Origin: Ophelia neglecta
Taxonomy: Eukaryota
Assembly: GCA_965285935.1 (NCBI GenBank)
Contig: OZ260663.1
Coordinates: 34,224,001 to 34,288,000 of the forward strand
Reading direction: 5' to 3'
DNA: 64,000 bases
Below are positions 1 to 12,059 of this stretch, piece after piece. The notes beneath the pieces are model-generated. The model made no database searches and was not told where the DNA came from. It worked only from the letters and a program-made list of their open reading frames with translations. The position numbers were made by a program, and so were the translations under genes. Position 1 is the first letter of the stretch. Each line of letters opens with the position of its first letter.

Positions 1-2553
1 CAAGTTAATATACACGCAGCGTTCTGTAGACTGTGAAACGTAAGAAAGCAATACAATTCTATTTGGCTAAAGATACATTCTATTTGGTTCAAGAAGGTTG
101 CTATGTTTTGTCTTAGGTACATGATAAATGTATGGAAAGCCACAAATCGGGATCGAGAGGATGATAATATCAATGAAGAAATGGAAGATATTTCGCAATT
201 AATATGCATTCAACACAACTATTGTGCAGTTCGATTGTTTTGTGTATTGACCTAAATTCGGGAGCGATAGGTTAAGATGTTTTTCCGATTGTCTGTCAAT
301 TTCATATTGTTCCCATTCATAAAGTATTCAAATACCATATCCTAAGCTGAAAATATGTCAGTTCAGAAACAAATATAACATATACACAATATGAATTGTT
401 ATCACAGATTTGTCCTCAAATGTTCATAACTTCAAGTTTTATTGTGGATTACATTTTCCAACGTTGAGAAAGTTCACAGTTTATATATCATTTATACAGT
501 GATGTGTCATTGATGTACAGTGTATTAATAGCTGGTGGCTGCTGTATAAAGACATTACAGAGATATTAGTATGGTAGGCTATGACAGTCAGCAAGTTTTT
601 GCACCTTTTTTGCACAAGGAATAAAGGCGAAATAAGAGGCATTTTTTTCTTAGCACAAGTCTTCTCTTCTGACAGACTACAGTAACCACTGGCGGAGATC
701 GCCTGAACATACGACCCTCGCAAACCAAGTTTGTATATTGAACGGAGCGCCCGCCCGCTGATCACCTTCCTCCCTGGTTAGGCCTTGGTGCCACAACTGA
801 CAAGCATATTCCAAAATTGAACGCACAATTGAGATTATTATTATTATATTATACACTCTAGTCCCTCAATTAACAGGGGTGCTTCATACATGAATTTGTG
901 TATGTGATAAATATGGTGATTATGCATATGGTTCAACATGAAAATATGTGGACTTTTTGAAAAGCGATGCGTATTTAAAATTGTAAGTAAGCGTTTTATT
1001 AATTCATAATTAGTATCACATCCCTCCATGATTGAAAGGACGTAGGAATTTTGAAAGGTGATCCTCCAATTTACCAAACACATGTCTTTACTATCTTCAC
1101 GTTTATTTACAAGCTGCATGTATTTCATTTTAATAAAATATAATACATTACCACTCTTAATTTACATAAAGCTGTTCATCTATCACTGACTTCCTCATGA
1201 CTAGCATTGTCAGTGAAATTAAAAGCCCTGCCTCGGTTACCATCAACACAGTCTGGCAAGCTGGCTGTATATGTAATGTTAATATATAACCCTAGTGGGG
1301 TCGGCGACCGCCTCTAATTACCCCCACTCTTTCTGTTCATGGTTTACCCAAGAAGGTAGGTTTAAGGTTGAGCCACCATTCCGAGCGTCTGCTGCCTATC
1401 TATGTACTCTAAATATCGGTTTTCTTGCCTACCCTGTTCAAGAACCCCGAGTGACGCATGATCATCTGAAGTAGAGGCCTGTGCAGTAAAAAAATAAGGA
1501 GCGACATTGAGTCCTATTAATAGTCCAAATTTCTACCATGATGAGCAATAATTGGCTGACAATGAAACAACATCAGCAGCTTTAAATGGCCTGAGGCAGG
1601 CAATATTGATTGAGGACGCTTCAAATTTGTTATTCATGCTGGACCTGTCACTAGCCGTCCTCATTACTATACCATCCCGCTATTAGGCCTATGTTCGGTG
1701 TTTTTAGAGCCTCTAAAACAAATCCAATCTCCTGTTCATATAAAATAATGATCAGGTCCTGGTATTCGCTGAAAACAGCATCGAACTATATGTGCCATGA
1801 GATGTTGCTCCTGCAACTGACCTATAGATCATGATACCTCTATTGAAAGCCATTGCCCGTTGTCCATGTGGGTATCTAGTTTAAACTATACACCACAAAT
1901 CAGTTAAGTAATCGGGTAAGTAATTTTGCTAGTCGTCAGGGTCCTGACCGCGCACTCTACATTGCGCCTTCATTGATTCGAAAAATGTTTTCATTTTGGC
2001 CAAAAAAGGGGTGGTTTTGTTACCATTACCATAACCGCGCACGCCAAATATGTGTTTTTCTATTTACTTGGCGAAAGCAGAAGAAAAAATATCATCTTTG
2101 AACATAAATCCCTAAAATTCAGCAACAATTCAAAATCATGAACTACAGATCTGTTTCACAATTGGCCTATGTACTTCTTGTAATATCCAGGAAAAGAAGA
2201 AAGTAATATTAATTTCGATACACAAATTCTAGGAAATGTTTAAGACAAATATATCCATAGAAAATCGGATTCACTGCAAAATGATTTCTTGGCACAAGGT
2301 TGGTAACTATTGTTTTTCGGGTTAAAAATTGTCGAAAAGGGAGTATTTCAAGAATGAACTTGAATGTCCTCTTTTTATTAGAGTGCCTGGAATCAATTTA
2401 AAAGTTAGATATCAGAGACCCACCATTAGATAAAGGTAAGTTTTTTTTGTCAAAAGGTTTGATGTTTCAAAATTCGAACATATATTGCATGTTAATAACA
2501 CATTTCAAAAATAAGTAAGTTGATCAGCAATATACTTGGGTATTTCAGACAAA

Positions 2554-5500
2554 ATGACTACAGACATTCACCCAACCAGCGTACAGAACCTGTCAGCTGA
2601 AACCGACGATGGTAGCTACAGTCCTGAGTGGTCTATGTTCATGCCTGGGGGAGCCAATCTACCGTACGACATGCTGGGAGGACCCAAGTACATGGCGGCT
2701 TTCCCGGCAGTGGCCTGGTCCTACATTATCATCGCCGGACTCTTCTCTGTCATTGGTAATTGGACTGTATTCATTGTCAGTTCAATGTAGACGCATTTTA
2801 TTATAGATCGAGGATTCTGTAATACACAATTAATTTGCTTTGCAATTGATTTAATATATTCCTTCTTTTGCCGTACACGACTCTATTGTTTTGATAATAC
2901 ATTATGTACTAAGTAAGCTTGCATTCGTAGGACGTCGTTGGTAAGCGACTGTAAGCTTTGGGCCAGTCGGTTATTTCTGTCACTTGAACAAACAATTAGA
3001 TTCAATCAGTGATTCTCTTCCTTGTAATGGAGTTATCTGTTAGCCTGTTATATGCCCCAATGTTTTCTCTCAACTTTTCTCTACGACCTTCCTTGATGTT
3101 GCCCGGGGTAGATTTGTTTTATACCGGGTAAGTGAAGTGCTGATTTAAGTTTTAGTAATGCCCTCTCAGCAGTACAAGCTTGCATACGAGTACTGAAAGT
3201 TCATAAAACTTTCACTATTAGGGTAAATCAAGAACCCCTATTCTTACAGATAAACAAACGAACTGAATAATCTCTTTTGGCTGTAACCTTGGTCGTTGTT
3301 TGTGATGGCTATATGTGCGATCTGAAACCAAGCAAGGTTTACAAGCGTAGCAATCGTAATCAAACACGGATATTGTGGTGGTCGATCCTATTTTTGTAAG
3401 GAAAGGCTTGGGTGTGGTTACACGCAGGACAAAGTGTTCTCATTTATATGGTACCACAACTAAAAAAAATATGTCTAAAATATAGATTAGAAGATATAAA
3501 AGAAACTGTGACAATCCGTTCCCTGTTATGCTTCCCTTCTCACAGTTAGCAAAAGGATACTGCTCGTAGGATCGATCGCTATATCGATCTTTCTTTCAGC
3601 AGGATGCTGTCACACTTGCATTTCGTACAACTACGGCCAGAACTCCCCTTTCGGAATATATATGACTGGATCTCGACAATGAATAATAACTAGGCATTAA
3701 AAACTCTGGTGTATGAATAAGTGATAATATGATCTAGCACATGGCAGAAAAGTTTATTGGTCGATGCATGTCAGGTGGCACGGTTTTTAAAAGTGACATA
3801 TACAATTTTAACGTTTATATCCGCATGAAATGAGTTGCAATGGGAACAGTATACGACAAACCTGCCAAACAAACGTCCAGTGAGCCACCAGTCTCCCTCT
3901 CGTTTGCACTTAATGGTGTTACTAAGTTTGAACCGATTTTTATTCACATTATTGTAAGTTGCCGATTTTCATTTGTCTGATAGATGTCCACTCCTGTTAT
4001 AGACGTTTAGTGCCAGGAAATATATGTCTTCTCGTAGAAACAGCTCCACTGTTGCTTTTGAGCAACCCAGAGATATCACACGAATACACATGAACGTGTT
4101 TTGAACATACAGGGTATATATATGTACAGGAGTTGGCCATACATGTATATAATTAAGGTGTGTGTGTGTTTACCAGGACTACATTATTGACCCTATTATT
4201 GATTTATTAGTGTCAAATTCCCACAGGACCAAGACGCATTCTAACCCTACGTGCTAATGTTCTTTTTTTATACTTTCTCATCTAACATTAGGCATTGGTC
4301 AAATTTTCAAGTGTGTCATATTCCGGAGATTTCTGTCCAGTAGTCTATTTTTTCTCTTGGTTCTTCTGTGTTTAACCAAACCATTAATACACTAGTGTTA
4401 ATATTTCAATCCACTGGTCTTTTTTCTGCGCCAATTTGAATCCCGGGGTTTTGAGTTTTTTATTGTTACGTATTAGGAAAAATTATTGTTATCCAATGTT
4501 ACTGGTCTACTTTGCAGTAGATGTTTGCTACTGGCATTGAAGCTGTCTTTCATAAAGTTAGTCCTTTCACAATGTAAGTCCTTTCACGTGTTGTTATACT
4601 GAACTCGAAAGTATACATGTGAGTTGTTCAAGGAGTAAATCCTTTCACTGACTTTTCTCACAGGACTCGGAGGTGTGTTCCTGAAAAGTTCTGGCTTGCT
4701 TTGTAAGCCAGGGTCGGCTGTGAATCAAAAGACGGTTGCTGGACAGGAGGGTGTTGGGAGTAGGGTTTGGCTTTGATTGGCGCAGCTAGTACCTTTTGGG
4801 CAGGCTTTGGTTGCGGTTAACAAAGCCGGTCCCAAGTCGAGTGTCGTGGATATATCTGTTGAGAGACGGGCTGGTTTCTGAACTCAACTTTGAACTCTGA
4901 GCATAAATTTGAACACCTGGATCATAAGATACAACATGCCATTATGGATATTTCTTATAATGGTCATTATTCAGTCATTAGGCGGTCATGTGGAGTTTAT
5001 GCATATTAACTATATACGACCTGGAACAACCAAACCAAGTTTAGTGGTTCCAGATACGACCCATTAGATTGGTCGACTGTATTTGATGTATGCACCTTAA
5101 AAAGATGCCCAAGCGTGACAACATACGGATATGATAATATGTCAGTTTTGAAGTAAACATTCCCTTCGTAGCAGAGTACACAGCTCCGCTCTCTTCGCCT
5201 GTAGCACTCTGCCGAAATCAAAAGGGCTTCCCCCATGTATGACATCAAACGGCCTCGTTTTCGAATTCCGGGTTCTCGGAAATTTCCCTCGGTTTTCGGC
5301 AGAGGGTGATGCGGAGAAGCTATGCGATAAGCATTAGCCTCTGCTGCGAAGGGTAAAGTAAACAATGAAGAGAAGTTTTTAGAGAATATCTGGTTACCCC
5401 CTACTGTGGGACTATATATTTATAGCCACAACGAACTCTGATGGCATAAACGATAGCCATGCACGTCGCATTTCATTGTCACCTTGTTGACGCATGATAC

Positions 5501-8500
5501 ATATGTGCACTGATGAAGCCAAGGGTGATTTATCGAGAATATTATTAATGCTAGTTAAAACAAAAGTGAAAGAAGCAATATGTATGTTTGTAACAGGTTT
5601 CACCGTAAACGTTAATATCAATTTAATTGTTCGTACTTTTGTACTGATATGATTGAATTCAACTATTTTCCAGGCATAGCAGGGAATATCATGATACTGA
5701 TTGCTTTCTTTATCAACAAGAATCTACAGAAAGCCCAAAACGTTTTCATTTTCAACCTTTGCCTGGCCGACTTGATGGTGACTGGCCTGGCCGATCCCTT
5801 CAGCATCATCGGTATTTACTTGCAAATGTTTCAACTTAGTATTATAATAATCACCGTGTTTGTGTGATGGGTTGCTTATAATTAAACAGGTACATTATAC
5901 AATGTTGTAAAGCCAACGTGATAGTGTACACAAATCGAGTGTATATACACGTTTGTAGTAAGCCTGTGAAACACGTGTTTCACTACGAATCAAAGGTATA
6001 TGCCAAGTGAAATAAATGGACTTTTTCTGTTAATTGTTTTCCTACTCTACTCGTTGTACATACTACTGCGTCTAAACCGACGCGATGCCGATGCCCCATA
6101 AAAATGCGAAGGTTGAGTCCTTTTAAAAAGGTTTACTAGTACAACATTACCCTGCGTGGCAACTTCACATGCCTTTAAATATATGGCAGCTTTTGTAACC
6201 CAGACTTTGTGTAAAGAATAAATTAAGGGCAGGTTTGAATCTGTTGCATTTAGTATGGGCCATGGCATTTCTTGCAGAGGTTTTAATAATAGTATCAAGG
6301 ATTGGCAAGGTATAAATCACACAGTGTGTCCCCAAACAGGGAGGGAGGGAACGATGGAAGGAAGGAAGGAAGGAAGGAAAAGAAGTGGGGGTGGTTTGTT
6401 GAGTATTGAAGAAACAGAGGGCAAGAGGGAAGGGAGGAAGTATGGATGAGGACAAGATGTTAATGGGAGGAAGGGTGTTAAATGTAATAAGTTTGGCCCT
6501 TTAGAACAATATGAATTGCAATTCAGGTGTACATAATTACAATGTGACAGTGAACACACAGTCACCCTCCTGACGTGTGTTCACAAACAAATACATGCTT
6601 GTAGACACTAACATGTTGTGCCTCCAATGTTTTGGAGGTTGACCATTATAGTTTCCGGCTTTTTTAAACAGAGAATCGACAGATATTAAGTGCACCTATG
6701 TGTGCGGATATCCGTTTATACAAAGAGCGTAGGGAACTATGTACAATGCGCAGCGAACCAGAATTTTTTGTATCAATGGACATACTGGATCATATAGGCC
6801 TATAATCGACAAATCAGATATTAAGTGCACCCGTGTGTGCGGATATCCGTAAATACAAAGAGCGGAGGGGAATCGTTTACAATGCGCAGCGTTTATCAAT
6901 GGACAAACTCGATCGTATTTATAAGCACGTTCTCTATTTGTTAAGATATTAAGTTCTCACTACTAATCGTTAGGGACATTCATAACCGAAGGAGGTGCTT
7001 GATATATACGATCAATTATGTCCATTGATAAACGAAGACCTCTGTCGATGCACTTTATATTTCAGCAAATTGTAACTCAAGGCAAGGCCTACAGTTCGCT
7101 ATACATATATATATATGTGCGTGTGTGAGTGTGTATTTCGCATAATGGACAGCATCAGGACATAAGGTTCAGCTTTTCTACACTGTTTTTAGTAAACCTA
7201 AGTATGGCAATTTTCATCCCCTCCTCCCCCCTCCCAAAGAAAAACAAAACAAGGAGAAAAACACACGAAAACCCATAAATCCATTCGGGTCAATGCCAAT
7301 AGGTGAAAATACCGCCGGTTATAGTGCGATAAATATGTGAATTGCGAATAGTGCGAATCAGAAACGAAATAGAAAACGAGGAAAATCAATTAATATTAAA
7401 TATGGAAAACTCGTATCAATGACTAAAACACTTTGATTCCAAAACCCCACAATTTACATCTATTATATGTATAAGAGCTAAGCTAAGAGTTTCTTGGGTT
7501 TTCTGCTTACAGGGATCACAGGCGGGAAGAAATATTTTGATGAGAGGCCTGGGTTCTGCAATGCTCTGTCCGTAATTTGTTTCACCTCATGTGTCACTGT
7601 TTTACTCAGTATGGGGGGCATCAGCTTCAACCGCTACCTTCATATCTGTCATCCGAACATCTTTCGAAAGGTAAGTTGAAAATAGATGCGATCGGCAACA
7701 GGTTATTGACAAAAGAGAACTCGCTGAAAAGTCTGATTGGTGGATAAAGTATTTAAATTATAAACACGGAGTTGTCGACAATGTTAACCAGATGGCAGCG
7801 CAGCACAGTGCGGGTGTTTTATGCCTAGTGAGGACTATGCTAATATGTAACAGTAAGAACTGTCAATACAAGGTTAATAAGGTCATGAGAAGACCTATTG
7901 ATGGTTCCAATCGTCGGTAACATTTTTAACAGTTACGTTATTTGAAGGTTTTGAAGGTTTTGCATAGTAAGAAAGAGGAGCCGGTTGGGATGTTGTGTGT
8001 GTGTGTGTGGGGGGGGGGGGGCTGCACGGTATTAGGCGGGGCCAAATATGGTGATATCTACTGGCAAAGAGCCAATTTCTTTTGATTTTCTTTATTATGA
8101 CGAAATCTTCACTTATAGGTGTTTAGTCTAAAGAAGAATATCGCCATGTGCATAAGTTTTTGGTTCATCGGATTTCTTTTGGCATCCTGCACATTAGTAA
8201 GTGTAAATATTACGACGTAAGGTTTTAAACTCGTGATATTGATATAAACAACTGAAAATACGGTATTAACTATTTCTATAAACCTATTTCAGAATGGTTG
8301 GTCTAATAATAGGTACGACCCAAAAATGTTGGAGTGCATATGGAACAGACAAAAATCATTTAGTTTTACCATATTCTTTGGCGTTGGGATCGTGTTCACG
8401 CCTGTCATTATAATCACATTCAGCTACGTCCGTATATTTATGCACGTCCGGGCCAGCAGGGCAAAGGTACAAGACAAGGTACGAAGGGTCCGAGATGTTC

Positions 8501-9417
8501 CATCTTCAAATAATATTTTAACCCGTTCAATGTTCATATCCAAATAATACCATATTAAAATTAAGTTCACTGCAAGCATCCAGGTACCATTTACCGTAAC
8601 ATTTGTTTTCTTTGTGACAATGCTTCGGAAAAAAAATCTCATTGTCGTACATTTAATATATTGCAGAAGCATTTATAAATGCACTCAATATAAATCGTTT
8701 TTTGTCATTTATGTGGTAGGACAAAGCAAAGTCCAGGAGTTTGGATAGGTCATTGAAGTTGGCAAAGACTCTCTTTTTGATTTTCTCATTCTTCGTGTTT
8801 TGTTGGACGCCATATGCTCTCTTGGTATTGCTAGACTGGGAAGATAGAGCCCCTCTGGAGGTATTTAACGACCTTAAGTTTGTAGAATAATGCATGCAGA
8901 GGAAATAACATATACTCCTGTTCAATTAGCATTTAAGAAATAAAGTATATAATGTAATGGCATTCCATACACGTTCTCTCAATTGTTCAATGGATTATAA
9001 ATAATCATTAATTACCATTACCATTCTAGGTACATCTATATATTGTTCTGTTAGCACATTTGCACTCTACTGGTAACTGCATCATCTACGGGCTTACCAA
9101 TGTCCAGTTTGCGGTAAGTTACAAAATCAATGTTACTTTTCGAAAAATTCGTAATTTGCAAACTTTCAATTTGGTCTATGGTAGAAGGCGTGTGGCATAT
9201 GTCAAATCAACATTTGCTCATGGCTGATATTGGTGGAAGAGATGCTGAGCATAAAGTTACGCGTTGGCCTTCTGACTTTCAGGACAGTTTCAAGCGTATC
9301 CTTGGCTTCATGACGTGCGGAGGAATCAGACTGCCTACTTCCTCTGAGCAGGTGACAATGACCAACAACACCTCTGTTGCAACGGGAACCACCGGAATTC
9401 ACAAGAGTGGAACTTAG
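2554..9417 (+). CDS. Melatonin-receptor-like class A GPCR, paralogue A (8 coding exons)
   Basis: Exons 2554-2755, 5674-5811, 7513-7670, 8119-8196, 8293-8478, 8720-8860, 9030-9113, 9283-9417, all GT-AG and phase-compatible. Motifs: TM1 GIAGN, TM2 NLCLADL, TM3 FNRYLHICH (NRY as in melatonin receptors), ECL2 RYDPKMLEC, TM6 CWTPY, TM7 GNCIIY. The exon 5 end (8478 vs 8466) was chosen by comparison with paralogue B. Confidence 0.9.
6675..7035. repeat. 135-bp tandem duplication plus short inverted repeat (MITE-like remnant) in GPCR-A intron 2
   Basis: AGATATTAAGTGCACC...TGCGGATATCCG...CAATGCGCAGCG at 6681 and 6816; ~6890-6915 is inverted at ~7009-7034. Confidence 0.7.
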
Positions 9418-12059
9418 ACTATGTTCAGGATTATGAAGAGAACAGCATCCAACGACCTTTAATCTGATTGAACTTTGTATGTGGCCAAAGTGTGTTTAGC
9501 TTTAATAATTTATTACAGAAGGACATGCGAGTACCATAGTTACTCGGATTGGTTTATGCTTGTAAAATATTGTGGCCATGGCATTCCAGAGGACCTGCGT
9601 ATTTAGAGGCCTCAGAAGTTCAAAATAAATGTTGGCCTTGATCAAGAACAGGCGGGAAACAAACTGAAGGTGGTGGAAAAGGGGGATAGGGGTGGCGCAT
9701 GATAAGCCTCGTTTGTGGTGTTTATAATAAATCAGCACTTATTATTTCGAAATGTTTCAAGCCTGCTGTTTGTCGTCACTAGTAATAAATAGTCCTTGAA
9801 TTGTGCTAATATTACCCTAGCCACCTAGCATCAGTTTAACCCAATGTTCAGTAAGTGTAATAATGAATGCTTACAAGGGGTATCCACAGACATTAAGGTG
9901 GCTGTATTCCGGCGAAAATTAAGTAAAGTGCATTGTTTAAAACATGTGTGCTTATCAAATAACTAATACCATTGCCAAAAAAGTATGATGTTCTTCAATA
10001 CACAAGGTTCAATTGTAATTTAATGATATCTGAAATAATGGAAAATAAAATAACTTCTGTGTTAGACGTGCAAAAGTAAAAATTAATCGTTATATTTTAC
10101 AACGGGAAAGTTAAATTGAAAAACCTCAATATGTAGCCAGAGGTCCTTTTTATATATGGGATGATGCTTCAAACTTATACTATAGGCATTAAATGGCTTG
10201 CTTTTTACTTTTAAGGATGAAAGCGGTGAGTTTTCTCGGACAAACCAGCTTAAACATTACTTTGAAGTCAATAGCAAAACATCAGATCAATGCAGTACCA
10301 CAAGAACAAAGTTAAAAATGTAATACATATTTTTGGACAAACAATTTGAGCACATTTGAACATATTTAAACATAATATTGTTATATGCATTTAAATTAGA
10401 ACAAAGGGAAAAATCCAAGGTGCTGTGTCTATCTGACTCATTGAGAGTCTACCCTATAAATATAAGCCTATCATAAAAAAGATCAAAACAATTAAGAAAC
10501 ATCACCCAGACAAAAGGATACTTATCATTATTATAAAAATAAACATGAAGTTTACAACAAAAACATAATGAACAGCAGAGATATGGTAAACTCTTCTCAT
10601 GTTCATTGCAAGTATTTCATCCAAATAACCTTAATATGGCAATGATTTCCGATTTGATTATTGTAGAGTATCGCGTTGTTATCGGTCATGTCAAGGTCAC
10701 TGTACAGACAATCCCAAATACCCAAAGCATCATGTGCTAGAGTGGCTAGTGGCTAAGTTTAGGACTCGAGGAGACACATGAGACTTCCGGAACATTCTGA
10801 AAAATTCTACAAGACAAACTGCCCAGATAGAGTAATCAATAAACCCGAATAAATCCACAAGTCCAGGGAATCGTGAAGAAAAGGTCAATTTTAAGTGATT
10901 CTTTCGATATAAGAAAGTAAATTTCACACTGTTTGACCGAAATATTCTGATTTCCAAGCATTGGGAGTGTATACTTTGGAGACTTGTGGCCCTTTTCAAG
11001 GGCTTGTGCTTTGCTGTCTGATTTTTTAGCCCACACCACCCTCGTATCTAAATATCTGGCCCAGTTTGAATATCAAAAAAGTCATTTACTAACTTCACAG
11101 ATAAATATATGGCCAATATATTTAAGCAAGCCAAACGCTTCGGACACTTGTGCCATCCAAATGAGAATTTTATCCGGCTTAAGAAGACGAAAAATACGAC
11201 CAAATTACTATCATTTGGACTAGTCGAGTGAATGTTCTAGTTTCCATTGTTTCGTCACCTACGCAGTTCAAGACTGGTTGCTATGGCTTTGAGTTATCTA
11301 TTCCGCTCATCCTAGGGTCAGGGGCAATTTGCATCCGTTTTATACAATAGGCCGTCCAGACAATCGTTGGGGTTCAATTACATTAGGCCGAGGGCCTCGG
11401 CTTATGTATTAGTAAGGCGGTAGTGCACCCAATTGGTAGTTTCTGTCACGACAGCCTATGCTTCATACTGAAATATTGTAGATGCACGCGTATTCAGTCT
11501 CAATTAAAACGCGACTGGTTCACTTTGCATAGTAAAGATCTTAGTGCACTAACGATGAGATTTAATACCATTTTTAAGGGATTTTTTCATAATTCTCTTT
11601 TCCTGGTTTATATTGGAGTTTCTGTGTTCGGCTTCGCTCTATCGGCGCTGCCGGGGAATAATAGAAAACTTATATATACTGGCTTCGCTAGCACACCGCT
11701 CACTGGGCAGGTTAGGACCAGGCATGCAGCTTGTTCACGACCGTTTATTTAGATGATTTCATCTTTGGCATCTAGATAAGCTTAGAAAATCATAGACTGT
11801 CCAAGGGCATATTTCACATCTGCCCTACGTTGACGACTGATTCGTGTGTGTTGTTGCTTTGTGTGCCGACTCGCAGCTACTTCTCATTGCAGGTCAAATC
11901 AGGTTTATGTTTTCATTTTAATTATTTGCATATCTAGTCGAGTTCCTGTTTGGGAGCTGGGAGTTGGTGTATTGATGTAGGCCTATATGGGCTGCTGTTT
12001 CAAAAAGATGTTCAATCAGCTAAATCAACGAGAAGAATACACTGAATTAAGTTAAGTCT

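Noticed and set aside
1440-1880. Possible very old LINE 3' fragment (a similar hint at 48310-48500)
   Set aside because: Only a vague peptide resemblance; too decayed to support without a search.
6255-6565. Short ORFs over the GGAA-rich tract
   Set aside because: Low-complexity purine microsatellite inside a GPCR intron.
9030-9113. GPCRs as opsins
   Set aside because: The position matching the retinal-binding Lys in TM7 is His in both paralogues.
9893-11300. Possible TTAA-flanked DNA transposon starting TTAAGGTGGCTG
   Set aside because: No matching inverted terminus found in the window.
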